From an uncultured bacterium (lineage in GTDB: Bacteria > Patescibacteriota > Minisyncoccia > UBA6257 > GWB1-50-10), in assembly GCA_963713955.1 (NCBI GenBank), contig OY970216.1, positions 570,252-634,251 of the forward strand: 64,000 bases of DNA. The letters are read 5' to 3'. The position numbers and the translations under genes are program-made. Below the pieces are notes generated by a model. It worked only from the letters and a program-made list of their open reading frames with translations. It was not told the DNA's origin and made no database searches. Positions within the stretch are counted from its first letter, which is position 1; each line of letters begins with the position of its first letter. Positions 48,297 through 58,468 of this stretch are shown piece by piece.

Positions 48297-49747
48297 CTTG
48301 CAGACTGACTTCCCAGAATCCGGCCGGAGAATTGCGGTTCCACTCTGCCTTCCTTCATGACCATCTTGCCGTTCACAAAAACATAAAAAGGTTTCTCGTC
48401 CTTGAAAACGACGACATCGGCGAAATACCCTTCCTTGATGAGTCCCCTCCGCTGGAGCCCGTATTTCCGAGCGGGCAAACTGGTAATCTTCTCGACCATC
48501 TTGCCCGACGAGATGATATCCCCGAAAACGGCGGGATTTTCTTTTTCGGCATCGTGGTAACTCAAGCTCAAGATTGAACTCCTGCTCTCCATGAGCTTGC
48601 TGAGCGTTTCCGTATCCACGCGATCGGAAAAAAGCGTCGCACGCATTTTCGTCAAAACAGCAAGATCAAGAAGTGCTTCTTCGGACGTTACGTTCCTCGT
48701 CGAGGCGAAATCCCTCATGTTCCTGCCCTCGAGGAACTTGAGCGGGCTCGGAGCCTCGGCGATCGTGAGGTTCTCGAACGCGATGCCCGCGAGATCGGCG
48801 AGCAACCGTTCCCTCAAGTGCTTGCTTTCCGCGGCCGCCGTGAGGTCCTTCAGGTTTTTTCCCTTGATCCACGCGGGGAGGAGATCGTAAATAGGCAACT
48901 TCACGAGCGGGCCCGGGAAAACGTCGAAACGCACGCTTTTCTCGGCTGAATTCTTCTCTATTTCCGAAACCGCCTTCACATATTGATCTTCAAAACCCCT
49001 GAGCGGCTGAAAATGATTGATCTCAATGTTCAGGTCGTGAGCTTTGGAAAGGGAAAGTATCTCTTCGGTGGACTCGACCGCTCTCCGTTCGTCCCTCAAG
49101 TGAAAGGCGAAAACGTTCTTGAAAACGCCGGCGGCATTCATCACTCTGAATATTTCGTCGGACGAAACGCCGTTCAAATACGGCTCCGACAAATCGAACG
49201 CGACGCCGAGCGCTCCCTCCCCGAGGGCGGACGCGATGATTCTCCCCAGGCTTTCTATCTCACCGTCGGTTAAATCCCTCCCCTCGTTTCCTACAAACGC
49301 GCTCCGGACCGTCGCGTACCCCACGAGGGTCCCGAAGTTGATTCCCACTCCCCTCCTCTTCAAAACGGAAAAGAAATCTTTTACGGATTGCCAGTCGGCG
49401 TTGAACTTTGAAGAATATATCGACTTCAAAAAAGAAACGGACTGGGAAAAAATGGGCGCTAAGGATACGCCGTTGCTCCCTCCGATCGCGCTCGTCACGC
49501 CTTTTTTGACAAGGTTCATGGAGTAGACGTCGTCCAGGATACCCCCTTCCCGTTCCGCTTCGAAATTGATTTCGACAAAGCCCGGAGTCACCACCATGCC
49601 CCTCGCGTCGACGACATTTAGCGAGTTCTTCTTGGTCGCCTTCAAAAGACCGGTTATTCTCTCTTCCTTGACGAGAATGTCCGTCTCCACTAGATCGGAG
49701 CCGTCTCCCTTGTACACCAGCCCGTTTTTTATGACAAATTCGTCCAT
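48293..49747 (-). CDS. Amidohydrolase-fold protein (D-aminoacylase-like), lacking the N-terminal HxH metal motif
   Basis: The N-terminus reads VIKNGLVYKGDG...VVDARGMVVTPGFVEINFEAE, where the expected PGFID-HxH is replaced by EINFEAE. A 4-nt overlap links it to ftsW. Confidence 0.45.
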   Translation of the reverse strand: MDEFVIKNGLVYKGDGSDLVETDILVKEERITGLLKATKKNSLNVVDARGMVVTPGFVEINFEAEREGGILDDVYSMNLVKKGVTSAIGGSNGVSLAPIFSQSVSFLKSIYSSKFNADWQSVKDFFSVLKRRGVGINFGTLVGYATVRSAFVGNEGRDLTDGEIESLGRIIASALGEGALGVAFDLSEPYLNGVSSDEIFRVMNAAGVFKNVFAFHLRDERRAVESTEEILSLSKAHDLNIEINHFQPLRGFEDQYVKAVSEIEKNSAEKSVRFDVFPGPLVKLPIYDLLPAWIKGKNLKDLTAAAESKHLRERLLADLAGIAFENLTIAEAPSPLKFLEGRNMRDFASTRNVTSEEALLDLAVLTKMRATLFSDRVDTETLSKLMESRSSILSLSYHDAEKENPAVFGDIISSGKMVEKITSLPARKYGLQRRGLIKEGYFADVVVFKDEKPFYVFVNGKMVMKEGRVEPQFSGRILGSQSAR

Positions 49748-49908
49748 CCCGTTAGAAATAGGACGCAGGCGCATTAAATTGCTTCTGCATCATTGCTTAT
49801 CAATTTTGACCCTTTACACATAATACATTTATTATTTTAAGCTATGCGTCCGCGATTTCTAACGGGACAGGTTTCGTACTTTCGCATGTTTTCGTAATTT
49901 CGTAAGTC

Positions 49909-50955
49909 CTATGCGAAGTGTGCCAAGAAAAACAAAACGAGGCCGATTGTGGTCGTAATGGCACTCACGATCCAGAATCGCATCGTGATCTGGCTTTCCG
50001 GCCACCCGAGTCCCTGGAAATGGTGATGGATGGGCGTCGAGAGGAAAATTTTTTTCTTTCTCACTTTCTTGCTTACCACTTGGATGATCACCGATCCGGA
50101 TTCGACGAGGAGAACGAAACTGAAAAACGGCAAGAAGAGCGAGGTGTCAGTCATGAGGGCGATGACGCCCAAGGTGATTCCCAAAGACATCGAGCCGGTA
50201 TCGCCCATGAAGAATTTCGCGGGATGGATGTTAAACCACAAAAACGCGAGGAGCGCTCCTATGATTGCCGCGATCATGGCCGACAGATCATACTCGTGCA
50301 GGATGAACGCGACGACGTCGAGAGCCGCGAAAGAAAAAAGAAAAACGCCCCCGAGGAGGCCGTCCAAACCGTCGGTTTCGTTCGCCGAGAAAGCCGTCGC
50401 GACGATGATAAAAATGAAGAAAGGGAGGTACCAAAAACCGATATCAAGGGATCCGATGAAGGGGAAGTAAACCGTGTGCCACCCGAGACGGAAGTAGAAC
50501 CATGAGGCACCCACGACCGCGACCAAGGTATAGAGCATGATCTTATACTTCATCTTGAGCCCGCCGCCGTGCGGCCCGATGCCCTTGATCCCCATGAGAT
50601 CGTCGAAAAGGCCCACGATTGCCGCGAAGATAAGGGCGAAGAGCGGCAGATAGGTTTCAGAGCGGTTCACAAAATTGATGTAATTGGCGAAGCCGTCGAA
50701 GATCTTCCCGAGAATCAGGAAAACGAGCGCGAGCGCGAGAACGGTCGCCCAGATGATGATTCCCCCCATGGTCGGCGTTGACGATTTGTCCTTGTGATAC
50801 TGATAAAAAACGGGGGCGCTTTTTTCGTCCCGGATGTTCGCCTTCCGCAGGTTGAACTTTTCCAAAAAGGAAAAAACGAACGGCGTCACGATAAGCGCCG
50901 CCACGAAAGAAAGGGCGAAAACTATGAGAACCCTGGTGGCGGAAAATACGATCAT
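49909..50955 (-). CDS. mraY: Phospho-N-acetylmuramoyl-pentapeptide transferase
   Basis: The GT4 polyprenyl-phosphate transferase motifs are present (VGLFDDLMGIKGI and NETDGLDGL). The protein has 10 TM helices. Confidence 0.8.
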   Translation of the reverse strand: MIVFSATRVLIVFALSFVAALIVTPFVFSFLEKFNLRKANIRDEKSAPVFYQYHKDKSSTPTMGGIIIWATVLALALVFLILGKIFDGFANYINFVNRSETYLPLFALIFAAIVGLFDDLMGIKGIGPHGGGLKMKYKIMLYTLVAVVGASWFYFRLGWHTVYFPFIGSLDIGFWYLPFFIFIIVATAFSANETDGLDGLLGGVFLFSFAALDVVAFILHEYDLSAMIAAIIGALLAFLWFNIHPAKFFMGDTGSMSLGITLGVIALMTDTSLFLPFFSFVLLVESGSVIIQVVSKKVRKKKIFLSTPIHHHFQGLGWPESQITMRFWIVSAITTTIGLVLFFLAHFA

Positions 50956-51090
50956 TATTCCTTCATTTTACCCCCACATCTCACGAGTATCAAACAATTT
51001 AGCAAAGAGGATCGGTAAGGCGAAAAAGTGGGTAAGACTTGGCCTAGCGGCCCGGAGCGCACACTTTTTCGGCTTGCCGAGCCTCCAAGT

Positions 51091-52014
51091 TCAAAACGCA
51101 TATGCCTTCGTGACCCACGTGAGCAAGTTGTCGAGGTCGTCGAACCGCGAGTCGCTCCCCAGGATTACGACCACCACCCTTCTCCCTTGAAATTCCAGAA
51201 TCGTCGCGAAATTCTGCTTGGCCAAGGGGGTAGTGCCGGTCTTTCCGCCCAGGAAATCCGCCCGGGAAGCTACGGGGTCGATATTCGAAACGACGTTGAT
51301 TCGCGAAGAATTCAAGGGTTGGATGTTCAAGGTCGTGAGCCTCGTCCAGGTAAAAATCTGCGGGTCGTTTTCCAAGATGTAGCGCATAAGGAGGTAAATG
51401 TCATGCGGCGTTCCTTCATTCGAATCGTCGAGGCCGGACGAATCGTAGATCACCATCTGGGTCATGCCGATCTGCTTCATTTTCTCCCTCGCTGCTTCCA
51501 AAAACTTGTCCTCACCCATGTATTCCTCGAACGCGGCGGCCGCCCGATTTGAAGATTCCATAAGCATGGTTTTCAGCAAATCTTCCGAGTTGTAAATCTC
51601 GCCCGCCTTGAGATCGCCGGCTTCCCCGTCAATGGCCATGGTCGACGTCGTGATGGGTATTTTCGCGCTGAGTCCCACGTCCTCGACCGCGACGACGGCC
51701 GCAATGAGCTTCGTCAAGGACGCCAGATGCCACATCTTATAGGTATTAAACCGGTAAAACGAGAAATTGTCGTCGAGCGATTCCATGAGAACGCCCTCGG
51801 CCGAGAGGTCCGGATCCAGGACGTCCCAGTTTCTCACGGGTATTTTCTTGACCGAAGAATCATAAACGGAAGTCGAAGAAGAGCTTTGGCTCGTCGTCGC
51901 GGTTGACGAGCTCGCTCCGCCGCCACTCCCCAAGCTGAACGCCGGGAGGACGAATTTGATGAAGGCGATTCCGGCAACGACGATCGCCGCGAAAATTACG
52001 AACTTTTTCGTCAT
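51091..52014 (-). CDS. dacA: D-alanyl-D-alanine carboxypeptidase (S11 family, PBP5/6-like)
   Basis: SxxK (ASLTK), SxN (SSN) and KTG (GKTGTT) motifs are present. A signal/TM anchor is predicted. Confidence 0.75.
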   Translation of the reverse strand: MTKKFVIFAAIVVAGIAFIKFVLPAFSLGSGGGASSSTATTSQSSSSTSVYDSSVKKIPVRNWDVLDPDLSAEGVLMESLDDNFSFYRFNTYKMWHLASLTKLIAAVVAVEDVGLSAKIPITTSTMAIDGEAGDLKAGEIYNSEDLLKTMLMESSNRAAAAFEEYMGEDKFLEAAREKMKQIGMTQMVIYDSSGLDDSNEGTPHDIYLLMRYILENDPQIFTWTRLTTLNIQPLNSSRINVVSNIDPVASRADFLGGKTGTTPLAKQNFATILEFQGRRVVVVILGSDSRFDDLDNLLTWVTKAYAF

Positions 52015-52619
52015 AATGTTTCTTCTTCCGATTCCATCCTCATTTCCTCAGTGGCAGCTTTCGTTTCCTCCGCGGCTTCCGATTTTTCGAAGCTCTGAAG
52101 GATGTTTTTGTATTTGCGGTACTCGGGCAAATCTTCCACGCTCGCGACGCCGAGATGTTTCAGGAAATTGAAACTCACGCTGTACTCGTAAATGTTCCTC
52201 TTCCCTTCCTGGAGCGATCGCATGATGAGGCCTCGGATGAGGAGACTCCTCAGAATGAACGTCGAATTCACCCCCCGAATGTAGTCGATGACTGATCTCG
52301 TGACCGGCTCAAGGTATGCGATGATGGCTGCGGTCTCAAGGGCCGCCGGCGTGAGTTCCTCCCTGAATTCTTCCTCCACGAGTTTTTTCGAAACCCAAGC
52401 GAGCGACGGCTTCGTCGCGAGCTGTATCTTCCCGTCGTTTCTCATGAGCGTGAGTCCCCCGTCCGCGTTGGCATCGAGTTTCTCCGCGAGTTTTTCCGCG
52501 AGGGCGGTGCATTCCTCTTCTTTCATGCTGAGGAGCTTCGCGGCCTTCCCAACCTCAATCGGCTCCCCATAATAGAAAAGGAGCGCCTCAAGTCCCGCCA
52601 TTTTTTCACCTTCATTCAT
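52011..52619 (-). CDS. scpB: Segregation and condensation protein B
   Basis: The N-terminus reads LEALLFYYGEPIEV, and two winged-helix repeats follow. Confidence 0.8.
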   Translation of the reverse strand: MNEGEKMAGLEALLFYYGEPIEVGKAAKLLSMKEEECTALAEKLAEKLDANADGGLTLMRNDGKIQLATKPSLAWVSKKLVEEEFREELTPAALETAAIIAYLEPVTRSVIDYIRGVNSTFILRSLLIRGLIMRSLQEGKRNIYEYSVSFNFLKHLGVASVEDLPEYRKYKNILQSFEKSEAAEETKAATEEMRMESEEETL

Positions 52620-52713
52620 ATACTTTTATCACTTAAAGATACGACAATAGTGTTTTGAGAGAACTCTCGCAGGCCCGGAGCGCACACTTTTTTGCCTCAC
52701 CAAATCTCCCGCT

Positions 52714-53412
52714 TCACAGCTTCGCTACCATTATATCTGAAAACCTCCCTTCTTGTTCAACCCTCACGAGCTGCTCCTTGATGAGGTGAAGGATGGCGAG
52801 AAAAAGCACGACCACTTCCTTCTTCCCACCGCCGCCGTGCAAATCGTTGAACCTCACCGGACTCTCCGCGAGGTGACTGAAGACTTCCTCTATCTTTTTC
52901 TTCAGGTTGATCATCTCGTTCCTGATTTTCACGACCGGCTTCAGGAACTTCTCCATCTCGGCGATGATCCTTTTCAAGGCCGTCTCGAAATCAGAGGCTT
53001 TGCACGATTTGGGAGGATAGAAGGACTGCGCCATCCCCTTTAAAAATTCCCGGGTCATCATAACCTCATTCGCTCGCCACATTTCCTTAATGTACACCTT
53101 GGCTTGCTTGAACTCCTGATAAACCTTGAGCCTTTTCTCCAAACCCTGAATGTCCTCCTCCTCTTCCTCGGACAAGACGAGGGACGGAAGCACGAACTTG
53201 GACTTTATGAGGAGCAACTTCGAGGCGACCGAGAGAAAATCGGCGATCACGAAATTGCCGGCTCCCGCTTCCTCGAGCTTGCCGAGATAATCGAAAAAAC
53301 CTCCCGTGACTTCCGCGAGGCTTACGGTCGTAACCTCCAATTTCTTCTCTTCGATGAGCTCGAGGAGCTTTTCCAGGGGCCCTTTATAGTATTCAAACGA
53401 CAGTTCGTACAT
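52714..53412 (-). CDS. scpA: Segregation and condensation protein A
   Basis: The N-terminus reads YELSFEYYKGPLEKLLELIE. I place the likely start at the MYELSF methionine. Confidence 0.75.
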   Translation of the reverse strand: MYELSFEYYKGPLEKLLELIEEKKLEVTTVSLAEVTGGFFDYLGKLEEAGAGNFVIADFLSVASKLLLIKSKFVLPSLVLSEEEEEDIQGLEKRLKVYQEFKQAKVYIKEMWRANEVMMTREFLKGMAQSFYPPKSCKASDFETALKRIIAEMEKFLKPVVKIRNEMINLKKKIEEVFSHLAESPVRFNDLHGGGGKKEVVVLFLAILHLIKEQLVRVEQEGRFSDIMVAKL

Positions 53413-53438
53413 GGACGGTAATATGATATAATAAATGT

Positions 53439-53816
53439 ATGAAACTGGACAGCGGCATAAAGAAGCTCTCACCCGTCTTCATCTTGCGCCTCGGCATCGG
53501 CTTCGCGTTCGTCTACGCGGGCGTGAACGCGCTCCTCTACCCCGTCATGTGGATGGACTTCATCCCCCACTGGGTCGGCGTGATCGTGCCGCCCGCGACG
53601 TTCCTCTTGGTTTATTCCATCTGCGAACTCATCCTCGGATTCGCCATCTTCTTCGGGAGATTCCTCGCGACCGCCTCGATGCTCGCGTTCTGGAACCTCA
53701 TGTTCATCCTCATCTTCTACGGCGTGAGCGACGTCACGTTCCGAGACTTCGGCCTCGCGCTCGCCTCCCTGGCACTTTTCTTCATCACGCTCAAGGAGAA
53801 AGAACAAAAATCCTAG
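53439..53816 (+). CDS. DoxX-family membrane protein
   Basis: A 125-aa protein with 4 TM helices and the DoxX-like LRLGIGFAFVYAGV N-terminus. Confidence 0.55.
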   Translation: MKLDSGIKKLSPVFILRLGIGFAFVYAGVNALLYPVMWMDFIPHWVGVIVPPATFLLVYSICELILGFAIFFGRFLATASMLAFWNLMFILIFYGVSDVTFRDFGLALASLALFFITLKEKEQKS

Positions 53817-54998
53817 ATGCTGAAAGCGGTTGTTTTCGATTACGACGGGGTGATCGTGGATTCTTTTCCCACGGTTTTTAATGTTTACAAAATAATGTGC
53901 TCCGAGTTAGACATCGAATGCCCCAAGACGATCAACAAATTCAGGCAAGTATACGGCTACACCAAGAAAACCGCTTACGAGAACTTGGGAATTTCCCCGG
54001 AAGATTACGAAAAAGCCGATTCCATATTTAAAAAGGAGGTAGTAAAACAAAAACCGAAACTCTTTCCGGGTATCCGCTCGGTCTTGGAAAAACTGAGTAA
54101 AGATTATCTCCTGATTCTCGCGACGTCGAACTTCGAGTCGGAGGCAATCCAAAAGTTAAAGAGGTTCAGATTGGAGAAATATTTCCCCTACGTCATCGGC
54201 AATAAATCAAGTGGTATATTCAGAAAAAGAGAAACCACGTTGGAATTGCTGAAGAAACTCAAAATCCGCAAAAGCGAAACGGTGTTCCTTGGAGACCGGG
54301 ACGTCGATTACGACGTCGCGAAGAGACTCGGCATCAGTAATATTTTGATGGTCGAGTACGGTTGGGGTTACAGTAACAAGAAAGAAGTTCTCAAGGGACA
54401 AAAACATCTGATAAGGAAACCGGTAGATATCCTGAAAGCGATTAAGCGAGTGGAGAAAAAGAACAGACCCTACGCCGTGGTTCCCTACGATCCCGGCTGG
54501 GTAGTCAAATTCGAGAACGAGAAGAAGATTCTCGCCGACATCTTTAAGAACAAAGCACTCGGTATAGAGCATATCGGATCCACATCCGTGCCGGGTGCAT
54601 GGGCGAAACCCCAGATCGACATTCTCGTGACCGTCAAGAACCTCGACGTCGTGAATGACGTGATCACGAAAAAGATGGAAAAGAAAGGATACACCTACGA
54701 ACCCAATTTCTTCACAACGCACGAAGAAAAATATTTTGCGCGCGACGCCGCGTCAGGCGAGCGCACGGTAAGCGTTCATATTCTCCCCGAAGGCGACCCG
54801 CAGGCGATCGACCACGTCAACTTCCGCGATTACCTGCGGATCCATCCCGAAGAGCGAAACCTCTATTCAAAAACAAAAAGAAAAGCCTATGAAAGCGGAG
54901 CGAACCGCATCGAATATCCCGAAAGAAAAAAAGAAGTCCTCGTGGAACTCCTCAAAAAATCGAAAGAGTGGGCAAAACGAAATAAATCAGCGCGCTGA
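53817..54998 (+). CDS. Fusion protein: N-terminal HAD-superfamily phosphatase joined to a C-terminal GrpB (UPF0157) nucleotidyltransferase-fold domain
   Basis: HAD motif I is VVFDYDGVIVDS, and motif IV is FLGDRDVDYDVA. The GrpB region reads VVPYDPGW...IEHIGSTSVPG...QIDILVTV. Confidence 0.55.
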   Translation: MLKAVVFDYDGVIVDSFPTVFNVYKIMCSELDIECPKTINKFRQVYGYTKKTAYENLGISPEDYEKADSIFKKEVVKQKPKLFPGIRSVLEKLSKDYLLILATSNFESEAIQKLKRFRLEKYFPYVIGNKSSGIFRKRETTLELLKKLKIRKSETVFLGDRDVDYDVAKRLGISNILMVEYGWGYSNKKEVLKGQKHLIRKPVDILKAIKRVEKKNRPYAVVPYDPGWVVKFENEKKILADIFKNKALGIEHIGSTSVPGAWAKPQIDILVTVKNLDVVNDVITKKMEKKGYTYEPNFFTTHEEKYFARDAASGERTVSVHILPEGDPQAIDHVNFRDYLRIHPEERNLYSKTKRKAYESGANRIEYPERKKEVLVELLKKSKEWAKRNKSAR

Positions 54999-55421
54999 CC
55001 GCATGCATCGCAGAGCCGCCGTGTATTTCTTTTTCAAGCGTTCCTGCACGTCTTTCTTCAAGCGCTTCAACCTCCGGGGGTCGAGATTATCCGCCAGGTC
55101 CGCCATTTTAATCCTCCTCGCAAGTTTGTCCTTTTTGACGCGATCAATGTACGCAAGATAATCTTCGTTCTCTTTGCGCGTGAGCGTCTGGAGCGTCCGT
55201 ATCAACCGAGTGCTTACGCCGAGCCTCCGAAGATCTTCAACTGTCGCATCCGTATCCTCGAGAATGTCGTGGAGCACCGCGACGATTTGTTCGTCTTTCG
55301 TCTTCATCCGCGCCATGACGCGCAAGGGATGGAAAATATATGACTCTCCCTCCTTGTCGACCTGGCCACGGTGTTTAGTGGCCGCAAAAATGATGATTTT
55401 CTCAAGTGATACTTTTCCCAT
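54987..55421 (-). CDS. HD-domain protein of the RelA/SpoT hydrolase type (candidate small alarmone (p)ppGpp hydrolase)
   Basis: The motifs ATKHRGQVDKEGESYIFHPLRVMA and AVLHDILEDT are present. Confidence 0.6.
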   Translation of the reverse strand: MGKVSLEKIIIFAATKHRGQVDKEGESYIFHPLRVMARMKTKDEQIVAVLHDILEDTDATVEDLRRLGVSTRLIRTLQTLTRKENEDYLAYIDRVKKDKLARRIKMADLADNLDPRRLKRLKKDVQERLKKKYTAALRCMRSAR

Positions 55422-55550
55422 CGAACTTTCATTGAAAACCATAACTTGGTAAAGGCAAGCTAAACACTCCTCGCGAAGGCTAAGACTTGCCCCTGTACTC
55501 ACAACTTTATTGTAGCACGGGGCTTGGGTATTCCGCCGGTGACATCGTGC

Positions 55551-56380
55551 TCACGCCAAGAGTATCAACCCGCAGATGATGCCCACAGCCACGAACACTT
55601 TGAGGAATCGGCCACTTTCCTTGAAGTAAAGGCCCCCCGACATTGTTGCAAAAAGTACCGCCCCGCCCCGCAATGTACTGATTATCACCGAGGGGACGGC
55701 GAAAGCGTAAGCAAATCCCCCAGCCGCTGATCCAATCCCGTTCGCGATAGCTTGGGTCAGAAAAACCGGCTTGAGGAAAAATCGAAAGGGATTCCCCCCG
55801 TTCTCCTTAATAGACATGAGGAGGAGAAAATAAGTAGAAATCCGGAAACGATGAGCTGCTCCGCGGCAACAGAGTTAAAGTGGTCAATGTCGTACTTATA
55901 TACCGTCAGCGTAACCACGGGTAAAACTGTGCTCAGGAGAAGCAGGATAATACCCTCCTTGCTGAACTTCTTCGATATGCTGACGAAAAACATAATCGCC
56001 GATATGATTCCCATCCCCGCGATCTCGGACAGACTGACGGAATATCCCATCGCGAGATCGGCGATGAGGAGGAGAGGAATGGTCAACGTCCGGACGAAAC
56101 CGAACGTACTGCGGTCGGATTTCGCCAATGTCTTGATAGTGATGTAACTCAATACTATTTCCACCACTATTCTCGGAAGGAGCGTCGGAAGCGATCCGAA
56201 AGAAAAATGAAAGGATCCGCTCACGGCGGCGCCGACGGCGTAGAAAACAATTCCAAACGGCAGCGTCAGGAGACCGGTAGTGAAAATGCCCACCCGGCGA
56301 GCGCCTATTTCGGCTTTCCCGATGGAGTTAGACACCTCACAGAAAAAACTGCTGGAAACGGCTAAAAGGAACCCAAGCAT
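55551..56380 (-). pseudogene. DMT/EamA-family transporter split into two overlapping ORFs (207 + 88 aa) by a frameshift
   Basis: The two ORFs are 55757-56380 and 55551-55817. Together they give about 10 TM helices. The overlap region is rich in homopolymers (A5, A5, C6). Confidence 0.5.
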
Positions 56381-56392
56381 AGTTGCATAAAA

Positions 56393-57388
56393 CTATCCGT
56401 GCCTTACTTCAATCACGTCCCCGTCCTGCACCACATAGTCCTTTCCCTCGAGCCTCAGCCAGCCTTTCTGCTTCGCCTGATGCCAGCCCCCTGCCTCTAA
56501 AAGCTTTTCCCAGCTTACCACTTCCGCCCGGATGAAATTCTTCTCGAAATCCGTGTGGATCACGCCCGCCGCTTGCGGTGCCTTCGTCCCCCGCTCGATC
56601 GTCCACGCCCGTGTTTCATCCTCGCCGGTCGTGAAGAAACTGACGAGATTCAGCGTGAAATATGCCGCCTTCACGAGGTTCGGCAATGATTCCTCGTCGC
56701 TCAAGTCTGCGATCAGAAATTCGAATTTCATGCCGCGGATCTTTTCCTTGACTTCCTCTTTCACGTCTTCCGGCTTTCCGTTCAAAAGGAATATCTGCTG
56801 CTTGGCTGTCAAAAGCTGGAGTTCTTTCATGATCGGCTCATCCGAGAGCGTAATGAGAAGCTCTCCCCTCCCGAGCATTTCCTTTGCTTTCTTCAGGATT
56901 TCCAGACTTGTTTTTGCTTGCTTATCCCCTCCGCGCGCGTCAGCCTCGAGTTTCGTCATCCTTTTTTCTACCGTGTCCAGATCCTTGAAAATCAATTCCG
57001 ACTCGATCGTGTCTATGTCGCGGATCGGGTTCACGTTCCCTTCCACGTGGACAATGTCGCCATTCTCGAAACACCGGACAATGTGGATAATGACCTGCAC
57101 GTTCCGGATATGCGATAAAAATTGGTTGCCCAAACCTTCCCCCTTGTACGCACCCTTTACGAGCCCCGCAATGTCGTAGAATTCGACGACGGCCGGGATG
57201 CGTTTTTTGGACCGGCTCATGTCGGCCAGTTTATCAACCCTTTCGTCCGGAACGGGAACAACGCCCACGTTCGGGTCGATCGTCGCGAACGGATAGTTCG
57301 CGATGTTCACCTCCTGTTTCGTTATGATCTTGAAAAGTGTGGACTTCCCCACATTCGGCAACCCCACGATCCCTATTTCTAGTTTCAT
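56393..57388 (-). CDS. ychF: Ribosome-binding ATPase YchF (Obg-like)
   Basis: The N-terminus reads IGIVGLPNVGKSTLF with the motif ATIDPNVG. A C-terminal TGS domain is present. Confidence 0.85.
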   Translation of the reverse strand: MKLEIGIVGLPNVGKSTLFKIITKQEVNIANYPFATIDPNVGVVPVPDERVDKLADMSRSKKRIPAVVEFYDIAGLVKGAYKGEGLGNQFLSHIRNVQVIIHIVRCFENGDIVHVEGNVNPIRDIDTIESELIFKDLDTVEKRMTKLEADARGGDKQAKTSLEILKKAKEMLGRGELLITLSDEPIMKELQLLTAKQQIFLLNGKPEDVKEEVKEKIRGMKFEFLIADLSDEESLPNLVKAAYFTLNLVSFFTTGEDETRAWTIERGTKAPQAAGVIHTDFEKNFIRAEVVSWEKLLEAGGWHQAKQKGWLRLEGKDYVVQDGDVIEVRHG

Positions 57389-57497
57389 GTGCTCTTTTCG
57401 GCAATTTTACCCTCCTTACAGAAGATTAACAAGTATGTTAAAGTATTTTTTTACTTCACCTTATAAGTTCTAGACGAAAGCTTTCGAAAGAGAGAAC

Positions 57498-57988
57498 TCA
57501 ATACTCTTTCAAAAGAACGGATTCCCCATTTTCGTCTCGTGTAAATTGCTTTGTCTTTAAAAATTTGATTTTAATTTCTTCTCCTTCATTGAAAAACCCT
57601 ACGATATTATCCTTACTGGCTTCGTTATAAAAACTCAGTATCCGATCGGCACTATTGAAAAGCTCCCATTGGTTGTCTATTCTCCCCGGCACGAACACAT
57701 TGTTTAAATCCTCCCCTTTACGTATCGTGTATATCAGGGTGCCTTTGTTGCTGTAGAGTTTGATTTCATCTATTGCTTGTATTTCATAAAGCTCCGAAAT
57801 CCATTTCCGTTTTACTACAAAATCCCTCCCCTGATTTTTAATTATGGCGTCAACCAAGAAATCGAAGCAGAAAACACAAATCTCCCTTGTCCAATTTAGT
57901 TCACCCCATTCAATATCATGATTTAGTACATATTTCCAGTCTCTAGCTTTGTTAATGCCAACTTTCGCAGTCAACTCCTCAAAGCGAT
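57498..57988 (-). pseudogene. 3' fragment of an AT-rich gene; its N-terminal part was replaced by IS sequence
   Basis: The ORF track entry 57498-58190 reads through the IS fragment. Only about 163 codons are native sequence, and they have no recognisable motifs. Confidence 0.4.
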
Positions 57989-58150
57989 TGTAAAGACCCC
58001 CAAAGTTAAGACACTTTTTCGACAAGTTTCTGGTAGCGATTCGAGAACAGTGCAGGCGGCATCCTGAGGGCGGAGTGGATTCTCCGGTGGTTGTAGTCCC
58101 AGACCAGGCGATGGATCTCGTAGACCAGCTCTCCCAGCGATTTGAACCTC
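57989..58150 (-). mobile_element. 162-bp terminal fragment of the second IS3-family element, interrupted by IS copy 3
   Basis: The fragment is 100% identical to 33586-33747. It begins with the TGTAAAGACCCCC terminal inverted repeat. Confidence 0.8.
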
Positions 58151-58204
58151 TGTTCCGGATAGGAAAATTTAGACACAAAGGTCGGAACAAATTACCATTG
58201 TGTC

Positions 58205-58468
58205 ATGGCTAACAAAAAAGGATATCGGGTAGCGAAAGAGGTAAAAGCGGAGATTGTCCGCCGCGTGAAGGAAGAAGGCGTCTCCGTCGCAGAAGCGGCA
58301 AAAGATGCAGGCGTCCACGAGACAACCGTGTATGGATGGCTCGGCGCCGGTGCCACGAGCGCTCCCTCCTGGGGAGAAATCAATCGCCTAAAGAAACAGA
58401 ATCAGGAACTCTTCGAAGTGATCGGTGAACTCACGATCAAGCTGTCCCAGACCCAAAAAAAGAATTGA
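58205..58468 (+). CDS. IS3-family transposase OrfA
   Basis: Identical to the other OrfA copies. Confidence 0.8.
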   Translation: MANKKGYRVAKEVKAEIVRRVKEEGVSVAEAAKDAGVHETTVYGWLGAGATSAPSWGEINRLKKQNQELFEVIGELTIKLSQTQKKN

